DNA of 63,727 nt, the filler included, from Reticulomyxa filosa (Eukaryota > Protista > Foraminifera): assembly GCA_000512085.1 (NCBI GenBank). It is 24 parts of 24 records of this genome, joined end to end, with 100 filler letters (N's around TTAATTAATTAA, not from the genome) between each part and the next. Parts side by side here need not be neighbours in the genome. Positions count along the whole stretch, not along the records: positions 23,555 to 25,203 come from ASPP01003357.1; positions 25,304 to 27,054 come from ASPP01023742.1; positions 27,155 to 28,784 come from ASPP01003956.1; positions 28,885 to 31,079 come from ASPP01020264.1; positions 31,180 to 32,277 come from ASPP01018910.1; positions 32,378 to 33,700 come from ASPP01028048.1; positions 33,801 to 36,777 come from ASPP01013224.1; positions 36,878 to 38,520 come from ASPP01008651.1; 16 more parts are not named here. One strand, written 5' to 3'. Positions within the stretch are counted from its first letter, which is position 1. Each line of letters starts with the position of its first letter. The translations under genes and the position numbers were made by a program. The notes under the pieces were generated by a model. It saw only the letters and a list, made by a program, of their open reading frames with translations, had not been told where the DNA came from and ran no database searches. Of the stretch, positions 23,555-36,989 are shown piece by piece.

Positions 23555-25203
23555 AAAATGATAGAAGAACCATTTCTTCTTCAACTTATTTTAACTGTAT
23601 TGCCATCATTGGTGACACAATATGGTGCAGGAAGCAAAATTTCAAAAGCACAAGTGTATGAAGTATTCAATGATCAATGGATTGATATTCATAGTCAAAA
23701 TATTATTTCTAAATTGGCAGAATTAAGAATACAAATGAATATTAATAAAATTAAATCAACATTAAAGCAATATTGTCTTAATTTAGGATTTGATATGTTC
23801 CATCAAGGAAATCAAGTTGCTGTTGAACCAGAGTCTCAATATGAAAGTAATGATGATAGTAAAATTTGGAGTAAATTAGATCCAGAAATGGAAAATGATA
23901 ATAAAAGTAATATGGATGAAAAAATAGAAATAAAAACAAACAATAATGTCTCTGTTACAAAAACACAAGATGTTTGGGAAAAGTATTTCCATGGTGATAG
24001 TGTCGCGAAATATGTGTTGAGGAGAGTTGGTGACAATAAATATCAATTTTTACATAAATCATGCCAAGAATATTATGCAGCTCAAAAAGTAGTGATTGAT
24101 ATTCTTTCATGGAAACCCAATGCTGTTACTGTTGATAATCAACAATTTCAACAACAATTTGAAACGCATGTTCATCAGCTATCTATCAATCGCAAATTAT
24201 TAAATGAGGAATTGGGAATTATTCAATTCATTGCAGAGAGAATTCATGACAATAATCCAATATTTGTGAATTTAAAATCGAGATTGTTTCGGATCATTGA
24301 ATCATCAAAAAATAATGAAGATGTTAGTATTGCAGCAGCAAATGCAATCACAATACTCAATTCGGCTAATGTTGACATGGACTATCAAAATTGGAAAAAT
24401 ATTAAAATTCCTTATGCAATTTTAGATCGTGCATTTCTTGAAGGAACTAATTTTAGCAATGCAAATTTAGATCATGCGCATTTTCATCAAGCTTGCTTAA
24501 CCAAGGCTAATTTCACAAATACATCAATGAATGATATATACTTTGGGGAATATGCATATTTAGAAGGACATTCAGATGAAGTAAAGGGAATTCAATTTTC
24601 GCCAGATGGAACAAAAATATTATCTTATTCAAATGATAAAACAATTCGAATATGGGATGTATCATCAAGAAAACAACTTCATGTACTAGAAGGACATTCA
24701 GATGAAATAAAAGCAGCTGAGTTTTCACATGATGGTTTCAAAATTGTGTCATGTTCACAGGATGAAACTGTTCGAATATGGAATGTATTATCAGGACAAC
24801 AAATTCAACTGTTGAAAGGACATTTTAGTGCTGTGAATTCAGTAGAATTTTCATCAGATGATTCTAAGATTGCATCTTGTTCAGATGACATAACTATTCG
24901 AATATGGGATGTATCATCTGGAAAACAACTTCGATTATTAAGTGGACATTCAGATTATGTAGTAAGTGCGAAATTTTCACCAGATGACTCTAAAATTGTT
25001 TCATGTTCATATGATAATGTTATTCGAATATGGGATGCATTTTCTGGAACACAACTTCTATTGTTAGAAGGACATGAAGATAAGGTAAATGGAGCACAGT
25101 TCATATTCAATGGATCAAAGATTATATCATACTCAAGGGATAAAACTATTCGAATATGGGATGCATTAACAGGTCAAAAACTTCAATTATTGGAAGGACA
25201 TAC
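23555..25203 (+). CDS. NLR-like family copy 3: NACHT C-terminal part + pentapeptide repeats + first WD40 repeats (both ends truncated)
   Basis: MIEEPFLLQLIL...FLHKSCQEYYAAQK...AFLEGTNFSNANLDHA...GH..WD repeats, closely collinear with 2486-6352. Confidence 0.95.
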
Positions 25204-27154
25204 NNNNNNNNNNNNNNNNNNNNNNNNNNNNNNNNNNNNNNNNNNNNTTAATTAATTAANNNNNNNNNNNNNNNNNNNNNNNNNNNNNNNNNNNNNNNNN
25301 NNNTTATGTTCAATGTTTGACTGTTTGTGGCGACACAATTCGGAGAGGAGACAATTTGTGCAGCAGAAGCAATGAATAGCATTATTGTTGATGATACTTA
25401 CACAACTCAAGTATCTACAATAATACCAATACTATCTGATACGATGTTTGATGCCTTTGAACACACTCAATAATTCAGTGCTTGCCCAACAACCAAGTTA
25501 TAGTCTGCAAATGGAGTGTCAACACTGCACGTTGCTAATATCTAATACTTTCACTTGCCCCAACGTTTCATATGAACATAATTCTTGGTATATAAGTTTT
25601 TTTGGATTGCTTCAAATCTACAATCTATAGGAGAAGGGGACAAATAATAATTCACCAATTGAAGATTATTGTGGATGATGTTGATGAAATTGAAGAAAGA
25701 GGAAGGTTACACGAATTCATTTCGATCGGCTATATGAACACGCTTGGCTTTTTCGTGCGTGTCCAACAATAACTACAACCACTTTCGTTACGCCATTGAT
25801 CTCCCCTTTTGCCTAGAGGATTACTTGCCTGAAGTAAGGATTGCCCATTCGCATTTGGATATGACATTTTAGAGGCGATGTTTCATTGGATCCAAATATT
25901 GGTCTTGAATACTTCATTGTTGATAAAATGAAGATTACACTTTGAATAACAAATTACAACGTCCATAAATTGTCAATAGAGTATAAACACTGATCGGCCA
26001 TATTTCTGAAATCACTTTCAATTTGCAACAACAAATGATCTCAATTGTTGCATTATCGGGATATCTTCATAAATTGAACTGGACGGTGCGTTGATGTTGT
26101 TACTGACGACTGTGCTGGCTTTTCGATATCGCGACTGGTTTCAGGAAAGGTTTATGTGGAACTGGATAGTTTGTTGGAGAGTAGATGCTTGGATATATTG
26201 TTGGTGTGTAATGTGGGTATTCAAGCAAATTTAGCCACAGGTAATCCATACATGATGTATTCATCAGGCTCTGACAAAAAAAAAAAGAAACACTTGATAT
26301 GAGATCGCAATACATGTCTATGTATTACCGTCGGCGAAAAAGTGAAAGCAAATTTAGCAGTTGGATGGACGTATACGGTGGAAAAAATAATTTTGACACT
26401 GTCGACTGCATTGTGACCATTACATTCCGTACATAGCGCTTTTTTTTCCAGTAGTCCAATCAAACGTATATACTTTGACGAATATTAGTTTCAAAATTGG
26501 GGGAATGACGACAGTAGCATATATTGAATAAATGCACAAATTCCATAGTCTCTGCTTGGGCCATTTTCTCATTGCATTGTGGCCCACTTTTGATGATGTC
26601 GATCATCAAGCCAGCAGCAATTTGATAACTGGCACAAACAATGATATTACTTCGTTCTTCCTCGTCGCATTTACAAGTAATGAGAGTGTATGTGCTGTAT
26701 TGTCGAGACCTTGCCTGTGACATTGATTTAGGCAATACTGAATTTCAAATTGATGATTGCGATTGATGAGTGGCCGGGGCAGTTGTTGATACTTAATTTG
26801 CCTGTTTGTATGTTGATAACCATAAAACTTGCAAACGATCTTGATCTAATGCAATTCCATGCAAAACATTGACCAATTCCATCGTGATGAACACGCAATA
26901 ACTTTGAGCTGTATTTTTGCGAAAAATCAAAGTTATTTTTTTTTCAAACAAACATATAAAAAAAAATATATTTACTTAACTAAAGCTTGATATCCGCTCG
27001 GGTACCAATATTTTTTGGAGTCATAGCTCCCACATAAAATAAAAATTAAAAAAANNNNNNNNNNNNNNNNNNNNNNNNNNNNNNNNNNNNNNNNNNNNTT
27101 AATTAATTAANNNNNNNNNNNNNNNNNNNNNNNNNNNNNNNNNNNNNNNNNNNN

Positions 27155-28700
27155 ATTATTATTAATATTATTGCTATTATTGTTGTTGTTGTTGTTATTA
27201 CTGCCAATAGCAAGAGTGGTGCCAGGGCCAGCGCCAGCGCCACTCTGTTCCAATATCAATGGTGGCATTCCACTTGCATTTGTGCTCGCGTAAGCATTTG
27301 GCGGAACGACCATGCCTCCGGGATTGAACATGTCGAGTTCACTGGGAGAGACGATATGCCTCGGAGGACACATTGCCAGCATTTGCCGACGCTCCTGTTG
27401 TGACATGTCTTCGGTCAAGTCGCCCAAGGGAATATCATTCAGCTGCTTGTTGTAATTCACGGCGTTCTGTAGACGTTGTTCGGATATGGGAATGTTGGTA
27501 TTGCCATACTCGGGCATGCCCAGCTTGGTGGGCGATGCAAAGCTGATTACCAACGGACAGTCCAATAGCACATAGCCTTGCAGCGTTTGCTTTGCATGCG
27601 TGCATCCCTCAGTGTCGTTCACATGAAACTCGACGTATCCATAGCCTTTCGATTTCCCGTTGACTTTATCTGCTGCAATTTTCACATTCGTCACTGTTCC
27701 TGTTTTATTATTATTATTTATTATTTATTATTATTATTATTATTGCTAAAAAAAAAAAAAACAAAATATATAATACATAACACACATACACATACATAAA
27801 ACAACATATTTCAAACAAGAGAACTATCATACCAAACTGCTCAAATAATTTCTTGAGATCATTGTCATTGATCCACCATTGAAAATTGCCCACATACAAC
27901 ACATTTGATTCATAGCTTGACAGCACATGATACGGAACACCTTTTTTTTTTGTTGTTTACAAATACAAGATTTTTCTTTTTTTTTTAAAAAAAAAAAAAA
28001 AAAAAAAAAGTCACCTGTGAGCCGCGGATCAATTTCAACCAAGTCATGATTGGATTGCGAGGTAGCATTAGGAACAATCGACTTTTGGATCAAAGTATTG
28101 GCTGTTCCAGCTTCGACATTGACCGCTTGAGTGCGAATGGACAATGGAAACAAAGATTGGGCATTGTCATTTGCAATTGCATGTGCTTGCGAGTGTGTGA
28201 ACATGAGTGACTGGAATTGTGGTTGTAGTTGTGCGTGCATTTGTGTTTGTGCTTGTGCTTGTGCTTGTACTTGGGATTGAGATTGAGATTGAGATTGAAT
28301 GGAAGTAGGTAGACCTCCATCCGAATACCGTATGTCAGAGAGATGGCTGACGTATGTTTCTTTGGGATGGGATACTTGTATTGTGTTTGCATGCAAAGAT
28401 GAGTGATAGTCATCATGGTCGATTGGCTTGTCAACGGCATGTTTGATATCTTGTACAGTTATCGTATTGGACATTCCATCCAATGTGTCTGTGCGTTCGT
28501 CATGTACCTCCATTGCTTTCTTTTCTCTTTGTTTTTCCGCTTTCGCTTCTGCTTCCGTTTCTTTGTTGCTTTTCATGTCTTGTCTCTCGTTCATGCCGTA
28601 TTCCCCTTCAAGTCCATTGGCCGCATTACCACTTTATTCCAATGTTATCATACAGTCCAATATCCGTCATTTCAGTCGCATTCTGTTGATCTGGTTGATC
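27155..28700 (-). CDS. RRM protein resembling CPSF6/CFIm68 (partial, multi-exon)
   Basis: LYVGNFQWWINDNDL...|KIAADKVNGKSKGYGYVEF; the WW after RNP2 and NGKSKG resemble the CFIm68/59 RRM; QS/QA and poly-N low-complexity regions. Confidence 0.65.
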
Positions 28701-28884
28701 CTTTCAGTTATTCATTTTTTACACACACACACAAACATTACAAAAAAAAAAAACTCTTTTACTCTCCCCCCCCCCCCCCTCCCCNNNNNNNNNNNNNNNN
28801 NNNNNNNNNNNNNNNNNNNNNNNNNNNNTTAATTAATTAANNNNNNNNNNNNNNNNNNNNNNNNNNNNNNNNNNNNNNNNNNNN

Positions 28885-28951
<67 letters not shown>
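28885..28951 (+). repeat. (TAA)n microsatellite at contig start
   Basis: About 22 perfect TAA units; read as AAT (Asn) they are in frame with the downstream ORF. Confidence 0.95.
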
Positions 28952-29902
28952 CCAATTGGTGGCCAAGAAGAGTTTGAAAAATTAGAAGTGCTACTTGCAC
29001 GCGTACTGTATGTGATTGAAAGCGAGGTGCAACAGCGTGTGGACGAACTGATAGCCACGACGTATGCAAAAGCCAGGGAGTTTTATGCGCGTGTGAATGT
29101 GTCGCTGTCGCCGGATGAGGTGCCGTGGGTGGCTGGACTGCACATGCGGAGCGAGTACTTGCTGAGCATGAACTTGGACAAGTCGGCGAGAGGGGGACTG
29201 GAGGCCTTGCGTGCAGAGTACGAATGGTTTGCACACTGCGGCAATCAGGTCGTCCCTCGCAAGTATCGAAATAAGCCACTTTTCATCTACTTTGCTGCTG
29301 ACACAGCCAAGGCACAGTCGTTTGCCGAGTCTGTGTTTGGCAAACACAGAGTATATTTTCGTCCCTTTGTTTTGAAGGGCAGCACGCTGCAAGGCATCAT
29401 CGACGCCGTCGTCGACCTCGTCACCGTCTCGTCCTTTGATACCTTCATTTCCACTCCTCACTCGTCCTATAGTGAAATGAGTAGTTTGCTTGGACAACCT
29501 CGTCGTATTTTAACTTTGACTTCAACATCAACCTCGAATTCATTTTCCTTTTCCTTTTCGTTTTTGTCGACAGTGCAAACTGAATATCATTGGTACTCCA
29601 TGCCTGTCAATCGACCCATTGTTCCCATGATGACACACACTCCTTGGGAAATTGAAAAGTTCAATTTGTACATGCTTGGAAGGGCCATCGACATTGATCT
29701 TGCCGATCCCTCTGCTCGACACTTTCCTCTCACCGCCGCTCTTCGCTCCAAAATCCCCTTTCGCACTCACAATATTTGCAAGCTGCAGGTCGCCGCGTCC
29801 ATGGGCTGGATTGGCGTCTTTGACGCTTTCCAACACATTTCTTGCTACAATCCGCTTTATCACCACCCTGGGTCGTGGTTTCCTCTTATTGGGTCTTCCT
29901 AG
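28952..29902 (+). CDS. GT-B fucosyltransferase-like protein (5' partial)
   Basis: AGLHMR, IYFAADT and AVVDLVTVSSFDTFISTPHSSYS match the three conserved motifs of alpha1,2/alpha1,6/O-fucosyltransferases. Confidence 0.7.
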   Translation, partial: PIGGQEEFEKLEVLLARVLYVIESEVQQRVDELIATTYAKAREFYARVNVSLSPDEVPWVAGLHMRSEYLLSMNLDKSARGGLEALRAEYEWFAHCGNQVVPRKYRNKPLFIYFAADTAKAQSFAESVFGKHRVYFRPFVLKGSTLQGIIDAVVDLVTVSSFDTFISTPHSSYSEMSSLLGQPRRILTLTSTSTSNSFSFSFSFLSTVQTEYHWYSMPVNRPIVPMMTHTPWEIEKFNLYMLGRAIDIDLADPSARHFPLTAALRSKIPFRTHNICKLQVAASMGWIGVFDAFQHISCYNPLYHHPGSWFPLIGSS

Positions 29903-30130
29903 TCTTTTTTTTGTAATACAAATGATTTTTGATGGGCTTTGTTCAATTTGACTCCTCAATGCATCCATATTCAAATTTTTTTTTAATTAAAAGAGAATGC
30001 ACTATAAAAAACTATGTTTGATTAATTTATAATACATAAATAAAATTGCTCCAAGTTTTTTTTTTTAAAAAAAAAAATTTGAAATTGAAAGGGGCCTCCC
30101 CTTTGCCTTTTTTTTTTAAAAAAAATAATA

Positions 30131-31079
30131 ATGTTTGTCGGACGTACTGTGGGTACCAAACACTTGGCAAGCTCTTGGCGCGTGATAGTGTCAAGCTTGA
30201 CAAGTAGCTTGCCTCTGCGTCGCTGGCAGACCTGCACTGTACTCCCGCATGGACAAGTGGACGTGGACGTAAATGAGGGAGACGACACGATAAGCTGCCG
30301 ACTGTTGTGTGGCGACGCAGAAGTGCAGGGCTACCCGTTGGAGTACGGACATGAGTACAAGCTACAAAACGGCGGCTTTGGGATCCACTCTCAACAAGGA
30401 TGCAAACTGGAAATATCCGGCAATTTCAAGCCCTGCATAATGCGTGAAGGACGCGAGTTGCCGATGAGCAGATACTTGGAGTTGCACCGAGATTTGGAAG
30501 CGAAGCGCAAGATAAGCATTGACAAGCAATTATCACAAAGAAGCAAAGGAAAAGAAAAAGAAAAAGGGAAAAGTGAGATTGCAATACTCCGTCAATTCGA
30601 AACAAAGTTGGAAGAAATGGGACCACGAGTGCTGATTGTTGGACACACGGACACAGGCAAAAGCACATTGTGCAAGCTGCTGTGCAACTACGCCTTGCGC
30701 GAAGACGCACAAGGCACGCCCGTGTTGATCGACTTGGACAATGGACAAAGTATGATATCGGTCCCCGGCACTGTCGGCGGGGCTGTCATCGATCAGCTCA
30801 TATCGCCGTTTCAATCGCGAGTCAATCCAAAGGACCCGTTTATCTATTTTTTCGGACAGAGTTCTCCGACACATTTGCCTAAGCCACTTACTGCCACTGT
30901 CGATGTTATTGACCATTTACATGCACATGCACATGCACATGCAAATGCACATGTACATGCAAATGCACATGCACATACACATACACATGCACTGAGATCA
31001 TCACTTAGCAGAGACAATAACAATGACAATAACAAGGACAATGACAATGATGATATTTTTAATAGCATATCGCCATTAT
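30131..31079 (+). CDS. CLP1: Clp1 polyribonucleotide 5'-hydroxyl kinase (3' partial)
   Basis: LLCGDAEVQG N-domain, PRVLIVGHTDTGKSTLCKLLCNYALR, IDLDNGQSMISVPGTVG and YFFGQSSP; (HA)n insertion near 30915-30990. Confidence 0.9.
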
Positions 31080-33326
31080 NNNNNNNNNNNNNNNNNNNNN
31101 NNNNNNNNNNNNNNNNNNNNNNNTTAATTAATTAANNNNNNNNNNNNNNNNNNNNNNNNNNNNNNNNNNNNNNNNNNNNAAAAATTTTAACAATTATTTT
31201 TTTCAAGTTGTTTTGTTAAAAATGTCAAAACATTACAAAAATTGCAAATTTGCATCTTTTTTATAAACATTTATGAGTTTTGCATTTATGTCTTACTTAA
31301 GAAAAAAAGGTCTTTTTTTGTTGTTGTCTCTGTCTTACCATTCGTAATTAGGGTGATATCAGCCCTCTTCGCAAAACACTAGTACGTTTCTTTTCTATTT
31401 TTTAAAATAATTTTGCAACTTAAGAGATTGTGTGTTTTTTTAAACAGATCTCGCACTTTGATAAAAAAAAATGATTTTTTTAGGTAGATGCAATGCATCT
31501 TTCAGCAAAAGAATATATATTTATATTGGGGTAAGGCCCCCCGTCTCCGCAAGGAGTACTAAAGGTTTGTTATATTTATTTATTATTTTTTTTTTGACAT
31601 AATTGATTTGGTTTTTTCATTAACAGCCTCAACCCGTATGTCAAAAAAAAAATATGTGTACGTCGCAATCCAAAATACCAACAAAGAACAATTTCGGGGT
31701 TGAAGCTACCCTGTGTCGCAAAAAAAATGAAATGGTTTGTATCTTTTATTTTTTTATTTTTTATTTTTTTTACCAAATGTTTATGTTTGTAAATAGGCAC
31801 GCCCCCACCAATAAATTTTTTTTTTTGTACAATCATCGAAAAAAAATGTATATTTAGATTGGAAATAGAGCTTTTAGCTCAATATCAAATATATGTATTT
31901 TTTTTAAGTTATTCCAATGTCCAAAAAAAATGTGAAAGTTTATTTTTGTTTGAGAATATATTGATAGGGAAAATGAGTGGGGAAAAAAAATACAATGCAA
32001 AAAATGAGGGAAAAAACTGTAAAAAAATTGGAAAAAATTAAATGGAAAAAAATGGAAAATAAATGTAAAAAATGGGGAAAATGATTGGAAAAATAGTTGA
32101 AAATAAATTAGAAAAGAGGGGGAGCAAAAATTGAAAAAGTGAAAAGAAATTAGAAAAAAATTTATTTAAGAAAAATTGAAAAAAAGAAAAAATGAAAAAT
32201 GCAAAATAAAAAAGAAATTAAAAAAATGTTGAAAATGAAAAATAAAAAGAACAACGTGAAAAAAAATAGAACAATGTNNNNNNNNNNNNNNNNNNNNNNN
32301 NNNNNNNNNNNNNNNNNNNNNTTAATTAATTAANNNNNNNNNNNNNNNNNNNNNNNNNNNNNNNNNNNNNNNNNNNNGGAAAATTATCCGAAAAAGAATG
32401 GGAAGCTTTGATGAAAGAAGCAGAAGAAAAGAAACAGCAAACCGATATGGAAGCTAGTTTGGTAACAATAGGTATCACTGCACCTTCTTCGGCTGCTGCT
32501 GGTTTGGCGCTACAAATACACAAGTATCTCTTCAACAATATCAACAATTAACCCTGTTGAAGAACTACTTCGAGCACAATTAAAACAAACCAAAACGGGA
32601 ACAAGAGCGTTGAAAGAAATTGACAATAAAAAAAGTTATATATACATATATATTATGTGTACGAATGTAGAATGACATAATGTGTCATATTTTTAATTTG
32701 TTATAACATTTTTGTATATAGATACACGCAAAATAACAAAAATTGATTCGACTGATAGCATATAAACATCCAATGAAGACTAAACTTGCCATGTTTTACT
32801 TTTTTTTTGCACGTAATAAAAAAACAAGACAAGTGAAACAAGATATAAAAACAATCAATTAATTGTCAGATTACAGAAAAGGAAAAGCTCAGTTCGTTCA
32901 GTGAGAGATAACATTTTCTGAACAGTCCTTTGACAAAAAAAAAAGTTTGGCTCATGAGAATTTATATAAGGTAAGGGAATAAGGACATTGTTAGATTTAT
33001 AACTAGATAAATCAAAGAATAGATTATATAATTTGTATTGTCTCTTGCTTCAACGGGCGACGTTTTGGATGGGCACTGGACTGAAGGTCAATCTAAGGCG
33101 GACAGTGTGTACTTCCGGTCGGGTCCACGGCTAGTTTGTTGAAAACAATCTTATTTTTTGGAATGTTCACGACTTATGACAAGTGATGCCATTGTTTCGA
33201 TGACACACTTCAATTTCAACATAATAATACCTATTACTCAAAAAAAAAATTAGTAAAAAGTCTACAGTGTCTATCCTATTTCTCTTGCGCCTTGATTCTT
33301 CAATTTGCACATCTGGTTCATGCTTT

Positions 33327-33660
33327 TTAGACACACTCTATGTTTATTAACGACAACAGATTAAAAAGAATACACAAATTAAACTGTTGAAGAGTTTTTT
33401 GTTGTAATGTGATAGTCCTTGTTTGTGAGGTGTCTGCCAAATCAACAATAACAACTTGTCCTTGCTTCCCGTTGTATGTGCTGATGTTGTCGGCGTTCCC
33501 ACTTGTCCATGCTCCTACGGCCTGCAGTGAGCTGCTGCATATGTACAATTTGGTCTTGTTGAAGATACGAAAACCCGTGGATGATGTCAGGTCATTGCTT
33601 GAGTATATTGAATCCACTGTCCACGAGTTATCGTTTATGTGGTTTACAACATTTAAGCCA
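33327..33660 (-). CDS. C-terminal fragment of an unknown, possibly secreted or membrane-anchored protein
   Basis: Open frame with beta-rich composition and a hydrophobic C-terminus; no motif recognised. Confidence 0.3.
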
Positions 33661-33800
33661 ATATTGCAAAACAATTTCAATAATTTTTTCACTTGACCTC
33701 NNNNNNNNNNNNNNNNNNNNNNNNNNNNNNNNNNNNNNNNNNNNTTAATTAATTAANNNNNNNNNNNNNNNNNNNNNNNNNNNNNNNNNNNNNNNNNNNN

Positions 33801-34575
33801 AAAATGAATTGGTGGGACAAGCCACATATGATGTAATGGTAAGTTGCTTGCCTTTTTGTGAAGCGGGCATCTATGAATGCAATGCGAATAACACGGCTTC
33901 TTACACAGCATGCATTGAAGCATACGATATTTGCAACCTGTGCGAACTTGAGCCAGTGACGTTAACGGGGATCAACCCTTATGACATTCGGGAACAGTGC
34001 ACGTATCCTCCTTTGTGTTATGACTTTGACAATGTGGACAAGTTCTTCAATGAAGAGTCCACCATTCAGGCCTTGGGTGCAGATAAAGATTGGGTCGAAT
34101 GCAATCGAATGGTCGAAATGGGACTGGTGTTTGCAGGTTGAGTCCTCAAAAGCAGTAGGGGAGGTGAGGGGGAGGAGGAGTAATAACATGTGCATATATA
34201 CACATATATTCTTGTGTAGGTGATTGGATGCTGGATTTCCAACAAGATATCCCTCCAATGCTAATGGCCGGAGTCACGGCATTGATTTATCACGGCAATG
34301 AAGATTATATTGTCAATTGGATTGGAGGATACAACTGGGTCAGCAATTTGCAATGGACTTATCAGAGTCAATGGAACAAAGCACCCAACGTTACGTGGAC
34401 TGCCGGTGGAGTAGAGGCAGGTTCGTACAAAACCTATGGAGGTCTTACCTTCCTTAAAGTTCTTAATGCGGGACATATGGTTCCAATGGATCAACCTTAC
34501 AATGCCTTGCAAATGATTCAACAATTTACTATTTACGGTGGATTCAATAGCACTGAAAAGACTTCTTCCAATTAG
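33801..34575 (+). CDS. Serine carboxypeptidase (peptidase S10), C-terminal part
   Basis: NPYDIREQC..PPLCYDF, LIYHGNEDYIVNWIG (catalytic Asp) and AGHMVPMDQP (catalytic His); intron about 34138-34219. Confidence 0.95.
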
Positions 34576-35402
34576 TTCCATTTAAAACTTAGAGGGCAAA
34601 GAACAGGGAACAAACTCCAATTTTGCATTGCAAAGCCGTTGTACAATTTTGTTGTTACTGTTTTCTGCAATAAACTTGAACAAGGTCTCAAATTAAAAAA
34701 AGAGCGCAGTATAGAGCCACTTTTGTCAAGTCAATGGACTAGGCAACTATTTTTTCATTCCAGAAATTATCACCGTACAACAAATTCCCTGGATTTTTTA
34801 AAACCTAATATAAATAAAAGTAATGACAATGTGGAGCTTAATATATTGAAAAATTATTGAGTTGTCGAGCAGACTATTCATTTACACATTTAATTCAATA
34901 CTATCGCGCATACAGAGAAGATACCTTATGGCTCCATCGTTGAAAATAAAGTTCAAATACGGTTACTCACTACATACTTGTCGATTATTGCTTTTACACC
35001 TCTAATTTTATATTTACTTTTTCAATTTACAATTTGTGCTTTTTGCAAAAAGAAGATTCTGAATTTTTTTTAAGCTTTAAAAGCAAAACATTTTTAGTTA
35101 CATTTGATCAAAATGTATCAAATTTATGAAAAAACAAAGCTTAGATTTATTGAGAAGTTTTCATTAACTTTTTTTTATTTTTTATTTTTGGAATTGAAAA
35201 AAAATGAAAAATCAAGAGAAATAAAACATCAATCAAAACAACCACAAAAAAAAACAACAAAAAAAACAAAAAAATAGCACATTGATAAAAAGTCCAAGCA
35301 AAAAAAAAAGGCACGAGTTTTTGTTTACAACGACCATTAAAAATGGACACATGTCAAAAAAAAGCTCTCATTCCTCGTTGTGACAAGAATATATCACTGT
35401 TT

Positions 35403-36680
35403 TTACTGTGTCCATGTCGAATTTGTATTTGGTTGCAAACTCATTTGGTTGATGTTTGAGCCCCCTCTACTTGATTGGTGACTCGTAAAGTAGTCACCGT
35501 GTGTATTAAAGGCAGTAGTCGCACTTCCAGTATGCCCTCCATTCGGGTTAGGAGGCGATACCATTGGGCCAAAATTGGGAGACAAGCCAATGGTCGGACT
35601 TGGTGCAAACGGAGTAATGGCACTTTGTCCATAAGGTGTTTGAAAGCCATTGACCATATAATATCCACCGAAATTGCTTGTGCCGATTGGAGTGGTGGTT
35701 GCGCTTCCTGCAGCACTGATCGTGGTCGGAGTCATGTGTAACGCCATTGGTACATTGGATATTGTTGACATAGGAGCATTGGTCCCAGATGTAACAATGG
35801 AGTTCATCGACCCTCCACTTGCCATTGTCATGCCATGTGTTGATGGTCCACTACTGTGACTTGAACTATTTCCAGTCACTGATGGCACATTCGTGTTCGT
35901 CCTCAAACCCATTGTTGAGAAAGTCATGCTAAGATTATCTACTGGTCGAAAAGATGATGAATCGTAATACATTTGCCGGTGTTGTTGCAATTGCAGTTGC
36001 TGCTGCTGCTGTTGGTGTTGTTGATGTTGCTGTTGTTGGTGTTGTTGATGTTGCTGTTGTTGGTGTTGTTGCTGTTGCTGTTGCTGTTGCAGTTGCTGTA
36101 GTAATCCCTGCTGTTGGATTGACAGCGGAGCTTTGGAATTTGAAGAAAAATAACCCATACGATCGCCCATATTTGTCATCATGGACAGTGGTATTTGATT
36201 GTGCGATTGCATTGAAAGTGGCCCTCTTCCAGTCATCCCCACATCCATATCGCTCATGTGCATGTTCGATTTCATGTTCATGCCCAGTCTCTGCATGCCC
36301 TGCATGTTCAGGCCGCTGTCGCTTCCCTTCTCTCCGCGTGCATTACGGCGCGGAAAAGTGTTCAAATTGTTATGGACCGCATTCTTGTTGTTCGTTTGTC
36401 GGTCGATTTGCGATTGCACGTTTTCACACACTTCTTCCAAAGATCGGTTCGCATCAATTTCTTGGAACGAAAAGGAGCGTCGCAATACTGCAGTCACATC
36501 TTGCATACTTTATATATAAATATATACATATAATAATAATAATAATAATGGAAATACATATAAATAAATAAATAAATAAATACATATATACTTTTTAGCA
36601 GCAATGCTGTACAGACGTTTTGCTTCTTCAACAGACACTGTTACTTTTCTGGAATAACGTGTGGAATCCCCTCGTCTATA
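35403..36680 (-). CDS. Q/M/S-rich low-complexity C-terminal region of an unknown protein (5' partial)
   Basis: 367-aa open frame with polyQ/H tract at about 35980-36100 and a probable upstream exon at about 36595-36680. Confidence 0.7.
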
Positions 36681-36736
36681 TTCGAAAAGAGATGAAATGG
36701 AAGGGGAGTTGATTTATTTGTCGCGCGTCTAACAGT

Positions 36737-36777
<41 letters not shown>

Positions 36778-36989
36778 NNNNNNNNNNNNNNNNNNNNNNN
36801 NNNNNNNNNNNNNNNNNNNNNTTAATTAATTAANNNNNNNNNNNNNNNNNNNNNNNNNNNNNNNNNNNNNNNNNNNNAAAAAAAAAAAATCAAAGATTTA
36901 TTTCCTTAAAAAAATATTTTTTTGTATGCGTTTCAAATAACCAGTTCGTACATACATAATTACGTATACGATGTATATAAGAATAACAA

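Noticed and set aside
25304-27054. Coding-like stretches here and at 43086-46900, 49900-51200 and 55461-59536
   Set aside because: Short frames broken by stops with no recognisable motif; possibly decayed genes, but no product can be supported
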